NCBI GenBank assembly: GCA_964602595.1
Contig: CAZRRO010000003.1
Coordinates: 413,438 to 477,437 of the forward strand
Source of the DNA: an uncultured Verrucomicrobiota bacterium
GTDB taxonomy: Bacteria; Verrucomicrobiota; Verrucomicrobiia; Limisphaerales; UBA9464
Length of the DNA stretch: 64,000 bases
Reading direction: 5' to 3'
Position numbers and translations under genes: made by a program. This document shows, piece after piece, positions 63,805 to 64,000 of this stretch. How positions within the stretch are numbered: the first letter of the stretch is position 1; every line of letters starts with the position of its first letter. The notes beneath the pieces were generated by a model that had not been told where the DNA came from, ran no database searches, and saw only the letters and a program-made list of their open reading frames with translations.

Positions 63805-64000
63805 ATGGCCAATTCAAAACCCAAGTGGAAGCTGGTTAGCGAGTTCCCGGTCACAACCTATCGGTGCGGTGCCCGCGCCGGCGAACCGGTCAGGTTGAGC
63901 CACGAGTTGGCCATCCGGGACCACAACGGCAAGCTGACCGGAAAGGTCTACCCAGTGGGTGAAATATGGACCGTCGTCCGGGGAGCCGCCGAGGAGCCGC
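63805..64000 (+). CDS. Hypothetical protein, N-terminal fragment running off the right window edge
   Basis: My translation from ATG 63805: MANSKPKWKLVSEFPVTTYRCGARAGEPVRLSHELAIRDHNGKLTGKVYPVGEIWTVVRGAAEEP... It is open to the window end and absent from the ORF track. Confidence 0.3.
   Translation, partial: MANSKPKWKLVSEFPVTTYRCGARAGEPVRLSHELAIRDHNGKLTGKVYPVGEIWTVVRGAAEEP

Overview
High-GC (roughly 65% by eye) chromosomal segment. The gene content (FG-GAP/ASPIC proteins, a HAF-repeat protein, a 3,500-aa PA14/LTD/CotH/cadherin-like protein, a PQQ-type dehydrogenase with haem-c motifs) suggests a PVC-superphylum, Verrucomicrobiota-like bacterium; this is inference only. I support about 40 protein genes, one tRNA-Ala(CGC), several hairpin terminators and two gene-fragment pseudogenes. 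I recognised no rRNA, CRISPR array, transposase or integrase. Housekeeping anchors are nadB (partial, missing from the ORF track because it is open at the window edge), nuoA, rnr, eno and purL. Many long ORFs in the track are antisense shadows typical of high-GC DNA and were rejected. Candidates worth following up, in order: (1) 13.1-17.4 kb holds an NrtR-headed, translationally coupled six-gene operon: Nudix-wHTH, PARG-type macro, NADAR, an unknown 118-aa protein, KptA/Tpt1 and a receiver-like::ADP-ribosylglycohydrolase fusion, followed on the same strand by RNase R. It looks like an ADP-ribose-inducible module that writes, erases or clears ADP-ribose on RNA. (2) 22.5-27.2 kb is a lower-GC islet with a 2H phosphoesterase and two overlapping AAA+-wHTH ATPases. 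The second ATPase has a deviant Walker B and a 7 x 38-aa TPR-like array, and a hairpin abuts the first start codon. (3) Four secreted proteins share a ~70-aa C-terminal domain ending in [FY][FY]R[LVN], a candidate sorting tag. (4) Two insertion scars have neighbouring-gene fragments duplicated around cargo genes, and both cargoes carry that C-terminal domain. (5) A lower-GC single-gene insertion encodes a 920-aa unknown-domain/TM/TPR protein. All functional calls rest on motifs I could read by eye; no database search was run.
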